Source: a virus (Duplodnaviria > Caudoviricetes). Taken from it: 35,040 nucleotides of DNA. A model generated the notes under the pieces. It worked only from the letters and a program-made list of their open reading frames with translations, was not told the DNA's origin and did no database searches. Location of the stretch: the IMG/VR virus record IMGVR_UViG_3300022666_000010, positions 1-35,040 of that record; one strand, 5' to 3'. Each line of letters begins with the position of its first letter. Positions within the stretch are counted from its first letter, which is position 1. Both the position numbers and the translations under genes were made by a program. Of the stretch, positions 34,445-35,040 are shown in pieces.

Positions 34445-34912
34445 ATGCAGGAAACAAAGTTGTATCCACTCTGGAAAGAAGCGGCCAAGGCATTTATAGA
34501 GGCTGGAATGGATCAGCCCGGCACGATAATCACAGAAGAGTGGAAGATTGTTCAATTCGGGCTGGAAAAACCGCAGATCGCAACAGTAGAAGAAGTTCAA
34601 AAATTCACCCTCAACCTCCTATCTTCATTCGAATCATTCCGGGAGGAACTCCTCACAAATTATCAAGTACACCTGAAGCCAGTAGGCAAGGGCGCGCACA
34701 TAGTCCTGGCCGCGAATGAGCAAACCTCGGAAGCATGGCAGCAGGGCGTCTCCGATATCAAAAAAGCAATGTCGAAAATGCGGCAAAGGCTAACAAACGT
34801 CAGTCTTGATCAACTCACCGTGGAAGAACGCAAGGAAAACGCCAATGCACTGGCCCGCATGTCATTACTCGCGGGCATGTACAAAAGAGCTCGCAGAAAA
34901 GAGATTGAATAA
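34445..34912 (+). CDS. Hypothetical helical protein, candidate accessory of the RAMP/array module
   Basis: AAGGAGGT RBS immediately after array 2; 155 aa. Confidence 0.75.
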   Translation: MQETKLYPLWKEAAKAFIEAGMDQPGTIITEEWKIVQFGLEKPQIATVEEVQKFTLNLLSSFESFREELLTNYQVHLKPVGKGAHIVLAANEQTSEAWQQGVSDIKKAMSKMRQRLTNVSLDQLTVEERKENANALARMSLLAGMYKRARRKEIE

Positions 34913-35040
34913 CGATATGCCCCACAAAACCACCGAGGGTTTCCTCTCCGCCATCGGTGTGGGCGCAGCCCCTCCCGCCGTTGATGATATGTAGCCCTCA
35001 GCGGGAGGGGTAACGGGTGCAAGGAGTTACGATGACATTG

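Noticed and set aside
1-35040. Terminal repeat proving a complete circular genome; self-target of the NN code; reverse transcriptase gene
   Set aside because: No end overlap was seen, spot checks found no convincing gapped match (not an exhaustive search), and no ORF carries RT motifs.

Overview
The whole window is tailed-phage DNA of an HK97-like siphovirus of temperate ancestry, nearly all on the + strand. It runs from early/accessory genes (SNF2-like helicase plus DNA methyltransferase, RusA, a replication initiator with internal iterons) through two HNH genes, terminases, portal, ClpP-type protease, capsid and neck genes. A ~5 kb fibre/lysis block is inserted in the neck cluster, followed by the tail genes (with a -1 frameshift chaperone) and an attP-like copy of the 3' half of tRNA-Ala(GGC). 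The most unusual element is at 33.66-34.9 kb: a standalone RAMP/Cas7-like gene flanked by two non-coding arrays of 5-nt GGY-NN units (11 and 17 units). Each array starts with a similar small hairpin, suggesting a compact RNA-guided system with no CRISPR array. Two apparent deletion scars are also visible. One is a DGR target gene with a diversified-looking C-terminal variable region but no template repeat or reverse transcriptase in the window. The other is an in-frame fusion of a repressor N-terminus to an integrase C-terminus. All family calls come from motif recognition by eye; no searches were run.
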